Of a DNA stretch of 64,000 nt, positions 32,601 to 50,747 are shown in pieces. A program made the translations under genes and the position numbers. How positions within the stretch are numbered: the stretch's first letter is position 1; each line of letters begins with the position of its first letter. Under the pieces are notes generated by a model. The model was not told the DNA's origin, did not search any database, and worked only from the letters and a program-made list of their open reading frames with translations. This DNA is from the human T2T-CHM13v2.0 reference genome, Homo sapiens, in NCBI RefSeq assembly GCF_009914755.1, contig NC_060930.1; one strand, 5' to 3'.

Positions 32601-34439
32601 AAGCTGTTCGCAAACCAGATGCTTCTTATGTGTCAGGTCTCACCATTTCTTCTACCAACATTTTTATCCCGTTTTGACTACTTAAGGGTTTCAAAAGTAC
32701 CATACTGTCTCTCACCTCTCTCTTTTTTCCACATTTCCTCTGCCCAAAATGTCCCAGCCTCCTTTGTAGGGCTCCTCCAGCATTATCTCTGCTCTTTAGA
32801 CCTTGATTTTAGGAATCCTAATGTTGCATCACATGATTTGTTTGTTTGCTTTTGTGTCCATCTCTCCGCTGGATTGTAAGCTCCTTGAGAGCGAGTTTAG
32901 TACCTTTTATTTTGGAATCTCTACATCTGTGATATTGTATAAGCCAAAACAGATACCCAGTGAGCCAGCAGCTATGTTTTACAAAGCTTTTTTCACATTC
33001 ATTACCTTATTTGATATGCCTAGAAATGGCGCCTTTTAGAAACCAGGTGTAACTGGTAGAGCAGGTTTGAGGCATTTTTACATTGTCAAATGATAAAACC
33101 AAAATTAAGAAATATTCAGAAGTGGTAGACTAGGGTTACATAAAGAAAAATAGCAGAAGATTTTCCTCAAACTCTTGCATTATCTTCACATTATCTCTCC
33201 TGCTAGACTATGTGACCTCTGAGTATAGGATTAAAAGCAAAAGAAACTGGAAAATAAAGGTAAATCATATAGCAAGAAAGCAGAAGGATTTTCAGATGCA
33301 ACACAATAAATGAATCTATCTCATCACTCCCTTGTTAGTCACTCCTCAAAAAATTTACTCCCACAAAAGAATTTTCTGAAGTGTCTTCTATCTTCAAACC
33401 AAACAAAAAAACTTTCAAAATTTATGACCTATTTATTTTTTTGCTCTTTACAGCCCTCAGCTTCAAATTTCCAAAATGTTATCAAGTATTACATTTAATC
33501 TTATAACAAACTTACATCCCAGGTAGGATGTTGCCCATAGGACTCATGCTGGGTGATGCCTGGGTGATCCAAACAGGGAAACAATATTCCTTTAAGCCAC
33601 ATTAGCTCTCAACGGTGTCACTGGTCACGCGTAGAGAGGCAAATTCATGAGCAGCATTGGGGAGTTAATGAACGGCTGGCCAGATGGTGCCTGTCAGAAG
33701 GTGTTGACTTTTTAGACAACTGGGACTGTTTCCTGGGAGTAAATGAGAGGTGCAGCAGGGACGGATTGCATCTCAATCACACAGAAACAGACAGATTCAC
33801 TGCTAATGAAAATAATCACATAGCCAGGCATATTTTTCCTCTTTTGATTTTGTTTGTTTTACCTGGTAGACATAGACGAGGATCTAGCTGAAACTATAAC
33901 ATCATATTAAACGACGCAATGGAGTAAATATGAAAAGCTACCTATAAACTATTAGTATTCTTAATTAGGAAAAATCAAATAGAATAAGGAAAAATAATGC
34001 AAATTAGTGGTAAACTAACCTGGAATTAATAAGGGTATTTTGATTGCTATAGCATGAACTACTTGAAAATAAATAAAATTTGAAATACAATAGTGACCTG
34101 CAGATGTTATTGAAATATTCAAACTGGTGGAGTCCATTAAGGATATTCTGGCACTTTTGACTTTCCAGCATAATACATCTGAAATGAACCACTTTTACTA
34201 ATTTGACCATTTTCACTTGCTGCTTTGCTGAACTGCGGAAGTTTTCCTATTACATGCTTAGTGACATCTTTGGCAGGTAAACCTTGATACTCAATGCCCA
34301 CATTTCAGCAGATATAATAAGTAGAAAACTTCATTGACTTTTTTGTTGCTATCAGAGAATATTACCTAAACATTTGTCTGCCTGTTGTGGTTACTCTTAG
34401 GTATTGCATAAAATCAGTTAAATAAATGCCATCACAAAA

Positions 34440-34630
34440 CTATGGATAGCCTGTTTGGTCACAGTAACAGACTCAGCAGATTGGGCAACTCTATTTCTTA
34501 CCAGCTATGTGACCTCAGGCAAGTTGTTTAGCCTCTCCTTGCCTTGGCGCCCTGGTTAAAGTGAAGATTCTATGAAATGAATGCAAAGAGTTTGACACAG
34601 TAGCTAGCATGTAGTCAACTCTCGTAATGC
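34440..34630 (+). mobile_element. MIR relic
   Basis: cttaccagctatgtgacctcaggcaagttgtttagcctctc core. Confidence 0.65.
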
Positions 34631-36363
34631 TTCTCTTTCCTGACTACAAAGAGCTCTCAGTCCAGGTCATTCATTCATTTCCTTCTTATGTTTCCATCCT
34701 CCTTGATTGCACACACTGGGTTTGTCTTCAACCTTGTGTCCATCCTAAACAGGCTTCTAGAAATTCAGAGCGATGTATTTGAAAATTTGCCTTGTTATCT
34801 AATAAGAGGCAGTGACTGTATGGAGCATAATATTAAGACACTTAATATTTTACCATCATTTTTTGCCACTTGAGTCAACCCCCCAGCAGGGGTCAATGTA
34901 ATGGATTTTTCTAGTACAATTTCCTCTATGCTTTGAGGATTTCCTGGGGGCAGAGATTTCTTACAGACAGCTTAAACAATGCAATCAGTGGAAACAGATG
35001 AAGTTCCATATTCCTAGCACTGACCACAATATGTCATTTTTTTCTTTCTTAAAGGTGATTTATTTTTATGTTTGGTTGTGAAACAAGGATCAGATTATAC
35101 ACATATACACATTGCTCAGAACATGAGGTTAAGCGTTTGCTCAGCTTCCATCTCCTTCTGCATTAGATATTGAAGCAACTGTCAAGATGTGGAACAGGAT
35201 TTTCTTCTTGTTGGGATAATAACGGCATATATTTATTTCCAGTAGACTTAATAAAATATAATGAATAACAAAATGGGAAAGATTTAGACAATTTCTACCT
35301 GTGTGTAAATGGAAAAGAAGGCAAAAACACTCAAAAGAGAACGTTAAAAACGTTCAGCACATCATGTTGCAGCATGATTAGCATGGTACAGAACAGAGAG
35401 GTGATGCTTCCCTTGGGTACCACATTTAGTTCAGCCAACCTGGAATATAATGTGCAATGACCACCTTTTAGACATTGACTTTAAAAACCATGATAGCTAA
35501 CTCAGAAAAGTCTCTGGTTTTTAAAACTTACCTTAATTTCAACTCAAGACACTCCATTTGAGACAAATATCCTTGATGTTAAAGCTGAATGACTAGAATT
35601 CTACTAAAACTATTATTAAGTTGATTTGAGTAATGCTTTGTGAAGACAACGACCTGTGAACAGAACTATTTATATTAAAAAGCAACAATGTTTCTATGTT
35701 TTAGTCTCTTGTCATGCCTCTCTCAATACCATGCTTTTATCTGGTTCACAGCGTCATCAGTGAGAATCACAGCATTAAGACCCAAGTATACTCAGCACTC
35801 TTGATTACTTTCACATTGAGAGTAATGCATGTATAATTGCAAATCAGTTGGCCTCCTAACTCTAACCCATTAGGTTTTTCACATATCCATTAGTACAATT
35901 TACAGAATTAGAAGTGCTTCACTCACAAACATTTGCAGGCCACCTTTATCCAGTTACTTAAGAAAGTTTACTTGCATATTGCATGTGAGATGGCCACATA
36001 AACATGGATAGTATTCCACCTGGAACTGTGAAATATGCATGTCTCAAATAGAATTTGAATTTTAACAAAGACTTTCTTCCCAAGGAACCATGATTTTCAC
36101 ACTGCAAGTTCAAAAGTAGGATTAGCTTAATCTCAATTCTAGTTTCTTATTAGGAAAATAGCTTTTCTCCACTAGACTCAAACATGTTCAGAAGAAAAGA
36201 AGACTGAGGATTGAGACGATGCTCTGGATCATTTAGACCAAATCCACTCTATCCTCATATATTTGTACCATATAGCCTTTTTGCCTCAGTTCTATTTTTC
36301 TTTTTCTTTGCAGGCACCATTAAAGAAGAATTAAATACTGATAGATAAAAGTTAGCCTCGCTA

Positions 36364-36690
<327 letters not shown>

Positions 36691-37058
36691 CCACCCAAAT
36701 TAGCCAAGCCAGAGAAATGCAGTAGTGTATTAATTCACCAGTGCTCATCAAATGAGGCTGAACAGGTTAAAAACTGGAATTTCTGGGCTTCTGCCCCACT
36801 ACGATAAAACCACTTATGTAAAGGTTTAATTCCTGAGTACAGTGACCTTGAGTAAATTTCCCTGTCCTCCAGGCTTGTCCTCCCCCACAAAATCTTCCCT
36901 GACTGCCTAAGAATTCTTAAAATTCCTTTCATGTGAGGCAAATTTTTTCATTTCAAAAATGGCTCTAGAAGAAGCTATACAGTTACTTAATTTTACATTA
37001 AGGTATGGATATCCTTAGAAGGGGTACCTCCTCTCTTAGTAAAATTCAAAGCCGTTAA

Positions 37059-37577
<519 letters not shown>

Positions 37578-40329
37578 TGAGTCATGTATGGCTAAAACTT
37601 CTTTTCTTAGTGCCTCTAACATAGCAGATGCTGACTGGAACACCCAGGTCTTTATTCTGTATTAAAATACAACGCTGACAGGAGCAGGGGAAATAGAGAA
37701 AACAAGAAAAGGAAAGAAAGAAAGGGAAGTCACATGCTATGACTCTGTATCTAGGGGCTTTATATGTCTGGGAGCTATTTCATTTTGTCCCCACATCAAT
37801 CAGATAGGGAAGGTTTCATTATTCATGCTTTGTAAGTGGTACAAGACTCAGAGATTTAGGAACTTGCCCAGAATCAATCATTGGTAAATGACAGAGCTGG
37901 AATCCAAACCCAGGTGTGCATGACCTCACAGAGTAAGGTCACACCTGGCTCACATCAAGGGCTTGCTCACTTGAGGGCACCAAAGGACCCCCACAGCCTC
38001 TCCGTTAAGTTGCTTAGGTTCCCCAGTAACTCCCCATAACCAATCTATCTCTGTAGGGAAGCTGCTGACACCTTCCAAAGGGAACCACCTCTCTGACACC
38101 TGACTAAGCTCATGGGTCAGATCAAAAGAAACACCCTGCCGCCCACCAGGATTTGTCTCTCTGGGTTTTGGCTGTCCAGCCTCAGACACTCTTTCCAAGG
38201 TGACTGATACCCACTCAAATCCAGTAGATCCCTGACCTTTACACACAGACCACCACACAACAGTTCCTTATGACCACACAGGCTTCCATATGCCTTCCAC
38301 ACAGCAGTTACACATAATATAACAACGGAGAATACTTCCCCTACAGACAATAGTAGCCTATTCTTACCTGAGGAGGCTACTAATTGTAGAAAGGAGGAAG
38401 AATAAGGTAGAAACAACTGTAAGCAAATGGGCTTAAAGAGAAGAGCAGTTTGGGTGTTAACAAAATCAGTCCCTTTCCCCTTTCTCCGTGAAGATCCTGC
38501 TCATTTCTGAGGCTCAGCACAGATTCCTCATCCTCGTGAAGCTTTCTCTGTTGTCTCCATGTAGTCCCAATTTACCCATTCTCTCATCCCATAATGTTTT
38601 GTTTATACCCTTTTTATTCCCCTAAAATTATGCTGTCCTATGATATAATTAGTTGTTTATGGTCCTCCACCCCAAGTAAAGTGAAAGCTCCTTGTGAGCA
38701 AGGATTGTGCCCAGTCTTACGCAGTTCCCCAGGCATGTGCGAGGTAGTAACAGTAGTAATAATAGTAATGGTAATGGCCACCATTTATTAAGTACTTACC
38801 ACTGAGTACTCCTATCCATGCAACCCTTGCAATAAGGAACATTACCTGTCTTTTACAGATGTAGACACCAAAGTTTAAAATGACTAAGCAGCTTCCCCAA
38901 AGTCACACAACCAGTATATGGCTTCCATCCCACATCTGACTAACTCCCAAAGGATGTGGTTTTTCCCAGTCACCTCCAAATAAGTGTTTACTGAAAGAAT
39001 AATAGTAAAACTTCACCCGTTTCCCAATTTTCCTCTGCAAATGCCTCCAAGTAAATTAAACAGGCAGAAGAGATTTTCTGTTGTTGTTACTGTCCAATAG
39101 GGTCCTGCCGAAGAAATCCAAATTTCATGGGCTTGTACTTCTAAGAGTCATCAGTAGCTCTGACATAAACATGTATGCATATAAAAAATAAATATGTATC
39201 TAAAGATACACCATTTTACTTTTATCTCTTCCATTATTTAGGTGGTCCTCTTATACTGGAGATATTCTTTTACCTATTATGAAGCAAGCCGGCTGACTCA
39301 CTACTGTTCTAATGATAGTCTGTCTCCCTGACAACTCCTATAGATACCCTGGGGATACTCACACCCTGTGGGAAGGTATAAAACAAACCAGAGAATTTTC
39401 TGAGATCTATATTAGTATGTATTAAGCAATGTGAACTCAGTATTTTCATTTTTAATAGAATGAAAAATCTATAAGAAAACTAAATAGTCTTCAGATTATT
39501 TTCTGTGGGGAAAAAATGATTCATTCCTCGATTAATCAAGCTTCATGGCACTGCGCACAAAATCCGTTTGCCAGAGGTCAGTGCTGTGAATATTAAATGG
39601 TTTTTGTGCTAGAATATTTAGATTATCCTAGCTTTTGGATACAAAGACTATTCCTACTCCGCTGAGGCAGAGAAGTGTCTTCTACCTGATGATAGTGTGA
39701 ATCGGACATGAGCAGACAAGCCATGAGGAATATGAAATTACCATTATTGATGGTGGGGAAGTTAGAAGTAAAGAAAGAAAAATAAAGATAAGGAAGTCAC
39801 ACAAACACACTTAAAGACACATTCTTGGGAGAAGAGAATAGGAAAAGAGATGCTATGGCCACTATGGTACATTGGGCAGCCAGGATCTTCTATAATGACC
39901 AAAGCGATAGGCTAACAACAGTATAAATCTCCATTGATGTTATAAGGTTTAAAAAATGTCTTTCACTCATTTGGTTCATCAATGAATCAAATTAATTTTT
40001 TTAACAAATTGACTAGGGTTATTAACTCTGTTGGGCTGTTATTGGGAAAACAAGAAAATAATAAAAGATGGTTTTTTCCCTTGGGGCTCTCATAGTCTCC
40101 ACTGCACATATATTGAATGCTTGCCCTGGGCCAGGCACTGTTCCCATGTCTGTTGGCCCCACTAGACAAGAAATCTTCAAATGTAGGAAAAGACAACCAC
40201 GTAAGAAAACCATTATGATGAGGCATAATCAGTGCTAACGGTGGGATGGCCTTGGGATATATTATCAATATATTATTAATATATTGATTGAGATTATCTT
40301 GATTAATGACTAAATGCTAACTACATTGC

Positions 40330-40711
<382 letters not shown>

Positions 40712-42263
40712 CTAAGGAACTAAATGTACACAGAGAAAAATATAACCAACAGCATAAGGGAATAAATATGAAGAACTAATGATTAAGAGCTAGGAAGGTG
40801 AATGAACAAAGAAATGAGAAGATTATTTGTGGCAGACATGACAACCATTTCTTACCCTCCTTTCTCTTGCTTGACTCTCACTACAAAGTCAAAAATCAGT
40901 ATACTGGCTTTCTAGCCTCCTTTAGAATTAAAGTAGGTCATGTGACCAATCATGTTGCCATAGGATCCTGGTTAGGACAATGAGCTTAAGAGAATATTCG
41001 CTGGGGCTTTCTGCATACACAAACCCAAAGGAATTGTACTAGTTAACAAAGATTTTCCTTTCTAAATGAGAGTAAAGGCTCACCAAGCAAGATTCCTCTC
41101 ATCCCCTGCCACTCCCTATTTAATGCCTTTGTAAAAACTGTAATTTGGTGAATCCCAATACTGTAATGGCCAATTTAGGATCATGATCGGGAGGTTCAGG
41201 GTACTGTTTCCTAAACTGATATCAATCTCTTCAAATAAATCATTCCTGCCTGAAGTGTCTCCTCTAGTGAACAGACTGTCAGTAACCACCCAATTATCAC
41301 AACTTCTTTTCTAAAGTAAGTAAACAAAACTTCATTTTGCAGCATCATCAGGTTCAACAGAGTCAGAAAAATAAAAATAAACGGCAGATAAGTGAAGAAT
41401 AAAGTGAAGTCCCATATGGGTTTTTGTTCAGATGGCCATGCAATGTAATTTAATAGAATGAGCACTAGACAGAAAGCCAGATTCTGCTACTTGCTTTGTT
41501 TTTCATTAGATTATCAGGTTAGATGAACTACAAAACGAGGAAGCCAACTGGAAATCAGGACCTGAAACAGGATTCATCCCCTGGGCTTGAAATCATGCTG
41601 GATACAAAGACGGCCATGAATAATGGCCCAGGAAAAGCCCAGGTGAACTACTGTGTTCTTTCTGCTGCTGTGTTTTATTCCTGCCTTTCTTTATGTTGGT
41701 GTTCTACTTCAAGATCACAGAGAAACTGGAACCTACCTCTTTACAACTTACGGTAGGAGGAATTATTAGTAGAATAGAAACTTGGGTCCTGGAAGCTATC
41801 TAGGAATGTATTGCCATAACTGAGTTCCAGATCAGAGTGAGATCAATAGCCTTTAGAGTTGTTATATATAAATCAATGCAGTCCTTCCTTTCTAAAGTGG
41901 GACTGATCTTGAAGACAGGGAGGCTGTTTGGCCACTCCTGGGGACACGTAGTGAAGCTATATGGGAAGGATGGATTCCCACCAGGAAAAGAGAAAAGATC
42001 TGATAGGCTTCTTTCTATCTGGCTGAAATGAAGGCCTAGAATCTCCAAGTTTACTCACTTCTGATTTTCCTGTGACTATTCTAAGAACCAATTCAGAGAT
42101 TTGCTAAAAAGTAGAGCTACATATAGATTTTCTGTACTTTAATTTTAATGAGGGATGCTGAGAAGTAGGCTTAATCCCCCCAAAATTCATTGCAATGTGT
42201 ATACAAGAACCTCTGGGACATACGGGTATACCTTACTTTATTGTGCTTCACAGGTATCGGGAG

Positions 42264-42440
42264 TTTTGTTGTTATTGTTTTGGTGTTTTTTTTAGAGACA
42301 GGGTCTCACTCAGACGTCCAGGCTGGAGTGTAGTGGTGTGATCACAGCTCAGTGCAGCCCCAAACTCCGGGGCTCAAGCAATCCTCACACCTCAGCCTCC
42401 AGAGTAGGTGAAACTACAGGTACAAGCCACCGCACCCAGC
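42264..42440 (-). mobile_element. FRAM/AluJ monomer inside Tigger1
   Basis: Antisense monomer ~40 bp inside the left TIR. Confidence 0.8.
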
Positions 42441-43230
42441 AGATATTGTATTTTCTTTTTACAAACTGAAGGTTTGTGGCAACCCCACTTTGAGCAAGCC
42501 TCTTGGCATTTTTCCAACAGCATGTGCTCAGTTTGTGTCTTTGTGTCACATTTTGGTAATTCTTACAATATTTCAAACTTTCACATTATTGTAATATCTG
42601 TTATGGTGATCTGTGATCAGTGATCTTTGATGTTACTACTGTAATTTTGGGGAGTGGCACAAATTGCATCCATATAAAATGGCAAATTTAATACACAAAT
42701 GTTGTGTGGTTTTGTGTGTTCTGAATGCTCCACCAACCAGCCATTTGGCCATGTCTCTCCTTCCCTTGGGCCTCCCTATTTCCTGAGACACAACAATATT
42801 AAAATTAGGCAATTAAAAACCCTGCAATGGCCTCTAAGTGATTAAGTAAGAGTTGCACATCTTTCACTTTAAATCAAAAACTAGAAATGATTAGGCATAG
42901 TGAGGAAGGCATATATAAAGCCAAGATGGGCTAAAAGCTAGGCCTTTAGTACCAAACAATTAACCAAGTTGTGAATGCAAAGGAAAAGTAATTCAAAAAT
43001 AATATTAAAAAGTGCTACTCCAGTGAACACACAAATGATAAGAACACAGAACAGTTTTATGGCTACTATGTAGAAAGTTTAAGTGGTCTGGATAGAAGAT
43101 CAAACCAACCACAACACTCACAACATTCCCATAAGTCAAAGCTTAATTCAGAGCAAGACTCTAACTCTCATTAATTCTATGAAGGCTGAGAGAGATGAGG
43201 AAGTTGCACAAGAAAAGCCTGAAGCTAGCA

Positions 43231-43304
43231 GAGGTTGGTTCATGACGTTTAAGGAAAGAAGCCATCTGAGGTTGGTTCATGACGTTTAAGGAAAGAAGCC
43301 ATCT
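43231..43304. repeat. Perfect 37-bp tandem duplication inside Tigger1
   Basis: GAGGTTGGTTCATGACGTTTAAGGAAAGAAGCCATCT, twice. Confidence 0.95.
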
Positions 43305-43703
43305 CTAGAACATCAAAGGATAAGGTGAAGCAGCAAGTGCTGATATAGAATCTGCAGCAAGTTATCCAGAAGATCTAGCTAAGATCATTGATGAAGGTGG
43401 CTACACTGAACAGCCGATTTTCATTGTACATGAAACAGCCCTATATTGGAAGAGGATGCCATGTAGGACATTCATAGCTAGATAGAAGAAGTCAGTACCT
43501 GGTTTCAAAGCTTCAAAGGACAGGTTGACTCTCTGTTAGGGACTAATGCAGCTGGTGTCATTAAGTTGAAACTAGTGCTCATTTACCATTCCAAAAATCC
43601 TAGGGCCCTTAAGAATTATGCTAAATCTACTCTACTTCTGCTTCATAAATAAAACAACAAAACCTGGATGACAGCACATCTGTTTACAACATGGTTTATT
43701 GAA

Positions 43704-44052
<349 letters not shown>

Positions 44053-44523
44053 GGTTTACTGAATATTTTAAGCCCACTGTTGAGATCTTTCATTTGGGAA
44101 AAAAAAAGCCTTTCAAATATTACTACTCACTGACAATGCACCTGGTTACCCAAGAGCTCTGAGGGAGATGCACAGGAGATGAACATTGTTTCCATGCCTG
44201 CTAATACAGCATTCATCCTGTAGCCCATGTATCAAGGCGTCATTTCGACTTTCAAATCTTATTATGTAAGAAATACATCTTGTAAAGCCATAGACAGTGA
44301 TTCCCCTGATGGATCTAGGCAAACTACATGGAAAACCTTCTGGAAAGGGATCACCATTCTAGATGCCATTAAGAACAACCATGGCCGGGCACAGTGGCTC
44401 ACCCCTGTAATCCCAGCACTTTGGGAGGCTGTGGTGGAGGATAACTTGAGCCCAGGAGTTGAGACTAAAACCAGCCTGAGCAACATGGCAAAACCCTGTC
44501 TCCAGGAGAAAAAAAAACTAACT

Positions 44524-45423
44524 GGAGCCAAGATGGCCGAATAGGAACAGCTCCGGTCTACAGCTCCCAGCGTGAGCGACGCAGAAGACGGGTGATTTCT
44601 GCATTTCCATCTGAGGTACCGGGTTCATCTCAATAGGGAGTGCCAGACAGTGGGCGCAGGTCAGTGTGTGTGCGCACCGTGCGCAAGCCGAAGCAGGGCG
44701 AGGCATTGCCTCACCTGGGAAGCGCAAGGGGTCAGGGAGTTCCCTTTCCGAGTCAAAGAAAGGGGTGACGGACGTACCTGGAAAATCGGGTCACTCCCAC
44801 CCGAATATTGCGCTTTTCAGACCGGCTTAAGAAACGGCGCACCACGAGACTATATCCCACACCTGGCTCAGAGGGTCCTACGCCCACGGAATCTCGCTGA
44901 TTGCTAGCACAGCAGTCTGAGATCAAACTGCAAGGCGGCAACGAGGCTGGGGGAGGGGCGCCCGCCATTGCCCAGGCTTGCTTAGGTAAACAAAGCAGCC
45001 GGGAAGCTCGAACTGGGTGGAGCCCACCACAGCTCAAGGAGGCCTGCCTGCCTCTGTAGGCTCCACCTCTGGGGGCAGGGCACAGACAAACAAAAAGACA
45101 GCAGTAACCTCTGCAGACTTAAGTGTCCCTGTCTGACAGCTTTGAAGAGAGCAGTGGTTCTCCCAGCACGCAGCTGGAGATCTGAGAACGGGCAGACTGC
45201 CTCCTCAAGTGGGTCCCTGACCCCTGACCCCCGAGCAGCCTAACTGGGAGGCACCCCCCAGCAGGGGCACACTGACACCTCACACGGCAGGGTATTCCAA
45301 CAGACCTGCAGCTGAGGGTCCTGTCTGTTAGAAGGAAAACTAACAACCAGAAAGGACATCTACACCGAAAACCCATCTGTACATCACCATCATCAAAGAC
45401 CAAAAGTAGATAAAACCACAAAG
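44524..45423 (+). promoter_or_regulatory. L1 5'UTR: internal sense Pol II promoter/CpG island plus antisense promoter
   Basis: YY1 site CAAGATGGCCG at 44529-44539; RUNX3 region TGCATTTCCATCTGAGGTA ~44600-44618; SOX-type AAACAAA sites near 44988 and 45088; dense CpG. Confidence 0.92.
44753..44968 (-). CDS. ORF0: LINE-1 ORF0 (71 aa, antisense in the 5'UTR)
   Basis: ATG at 44968-44966; MAGAPPPASLPPCSLISDCCASNQRDSVGVGPSEPGVGYSLVVRRFLSRSEKRNIRVGVTRFSRYVRHPFL; internal splice donors at 44863/62 and 44778/77. Confidence 0.9.
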   Translation of the reverse strand: MAGAPPPASLPPCSLISDCCASNQRDSVGVGPSEPGVGYSLVVRRFLSRSEKRNIRVGVTRFSRYVRHPFL

Positions 45424-46440
45424 ATGGGGAAAAAACAGAACAGAAAAACTGGAAACTCTAAAACGCAGAGCGCCTCTCCTCCTCCAAAGGAACGCAGTTC
45501 CTCACTAGCAACAGAACAAAGCTGGATGGAGAATGATTTTGACGAGCTGAGAGAAGAAGGCTTCAGACGATCAAATTACTCTGAGCTACGGGAGGACATT
45601 CAAACCAAAGGCAAAGAAGTTGAAAACTTTGAAAAAAATTTAGAAGAATGTATAACTAGAATAACCAATACAGAGAAGTGCTTAAAGGAGCTGATGGAGC
45701 TGAAAACCAAGGCTCGAGAACTACGTGAAGAATGCAGAAGCCTCAGGAGCCGATGCGATCAACTGGAAGAAAGGGTATCAGCAATGGAAGATGAAATGAA
45801 TGAAATGAAGCGAGAAGGGAAGTTTAGAGAAAAAAGAATAAAAAGAAATGAGCAAAGCCTCCAAGAAATATGGGACTATGTGAAAAGACCAAATCTACGT
45901 CTGATTGGTGTACCTGAAAGTGATGTGGAGAATGGAACCAAGTTGGAAAACACTCTGCAGGATATTATCCAGGAGAACTTCCCCAATCTAGCAAGGCAGG
46001 CCAACGTTCAGATTCAGGAAATACAGAGAACGCCACAAAGATACTCCTCGAGAAGAGCAACTCCAAGACACATAATTGTCAGATTCACCAAAGTTGAAAT
46101 GAAGGAAAAAATGTTAAGGGCAGCCAGAGAGAAAGGTCGGGTTACCCTCAAAGGAAAGCCCATCAGACTAACAGCGGATCTCTCGGCAGAAACCCTACAA
46201 GCCAGAAGAGAGTGGGGGCCAATATTCAACATTCTTAAAGAAAAGAATTTTCAACCCAGAATTTCATATCCAGCCAAACTAAGCTTCATAAGTGAAGGAG
46301 AAATAAAATACTTTATAGACAAGCAAATGCTGAGAGATTTTGTCACCACCAGGCCTGCCCTAAAAGAGCTCCTGAAGGAAGCACTAAACATGGAAAGGAA
46401 CAACTGGTACCAGCCGCTGCAAAATCATGCCAAAATGTAA
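45424..46440 (+). CDS. ORF1: LINE-1 ORF1p (coiled coil-RRM-CTD RNA chaperone), 338 aa
   Basis: Uninterrupted MGKKQNRKTGNSKTQSASPPPK...NHAKM; REKG, ARR and YPAKLS motifs intact; differs from recalled consensus at P28L and R328W. Confidence 0.99.
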   Translation: MGKKQNRKTGNSKTQSASPPPKERSSSLATEQSWMENDFDELREEGFRRSNYSELREDIQTKGKEVENFEKNLEECITRITNTEKCLKELMELKTKARELREECRSLRSRCDQLEERVSAMEDEMNEMKREGKFREKRIKRNEQSLQEIWDYVKRPNLRLIGVPESDVENGTKLENTLQDIIQENFPNLARQANVQIQEIQRTPQRYSSRRATPRHIIVRFTKVEMKEKMLRAAREKGRVTLKGKPIRLTADLSAETLQARREWGPIFNILKEKNFQPRISYPAKLSFISEGEIKYFIDKQMLRDFVTTRPALKELLKEALNMERNNWYQPLQNHAKM

Positions 46441-46479
46441 AGACCATCGAGACTAGGAAGAAACTGCATCAACTAATGA

Positions 46480-50331
<3,852 letters not shown>

Positions 50332-50533
50332 ACAATGAGATCACATGGACACAGGAAGGGGAATATCACACTCTGGGGACTGTGGTGGGGTCGGGGGAGG
50401 GGGGAGGGATAGCATTGGGAGATATACCTAATGCTAGATGACACATTAGTGGGTGCAGCGCACCAGCATGGCACATGTATACATATGTAACTAACCTGCA
50501 CAATGTGCACATGTACCCTAAAACTGAGAGTAT

Positions 50534-50562
50534 AATAAAAAAAAAAAAAAAGAAAAAAAAAA

Positions 50563-50586
<24 letters not shown>
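50534..50586 (+). terminator. L1 polyadenylation signal and poly(A) tail
   Basis: AATAAA at 50534-50539 followed by an A-tract interrupted by G50552 and T50563. Confidence 0.9.
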
Positions 50587-50593
<7 letters not shown>

Positions 50594-50747
50594 AAACTAA
50601 CTGGGTATGGTGGCATGTGCCTGTAGTCCCAGTGACTTGGAAGGCTGAGGTGGGAGGATCGACTGAGCCCGGGATTTCAAGGCTGGCTGCAGTGAGCCAT
50701 AATCATGCAACTGCATTCCAACCTGGGCAACAGAGTGAGACCCTGTC

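Noticed and set aside
44383-44500. Alu left-arm Pol III promoter driving the L1
   Set aside because: The B box is damaged (gttgagactaaaacc) and a TTTT run occurs at ~44814, so full-length Pol III transcription is implausible.
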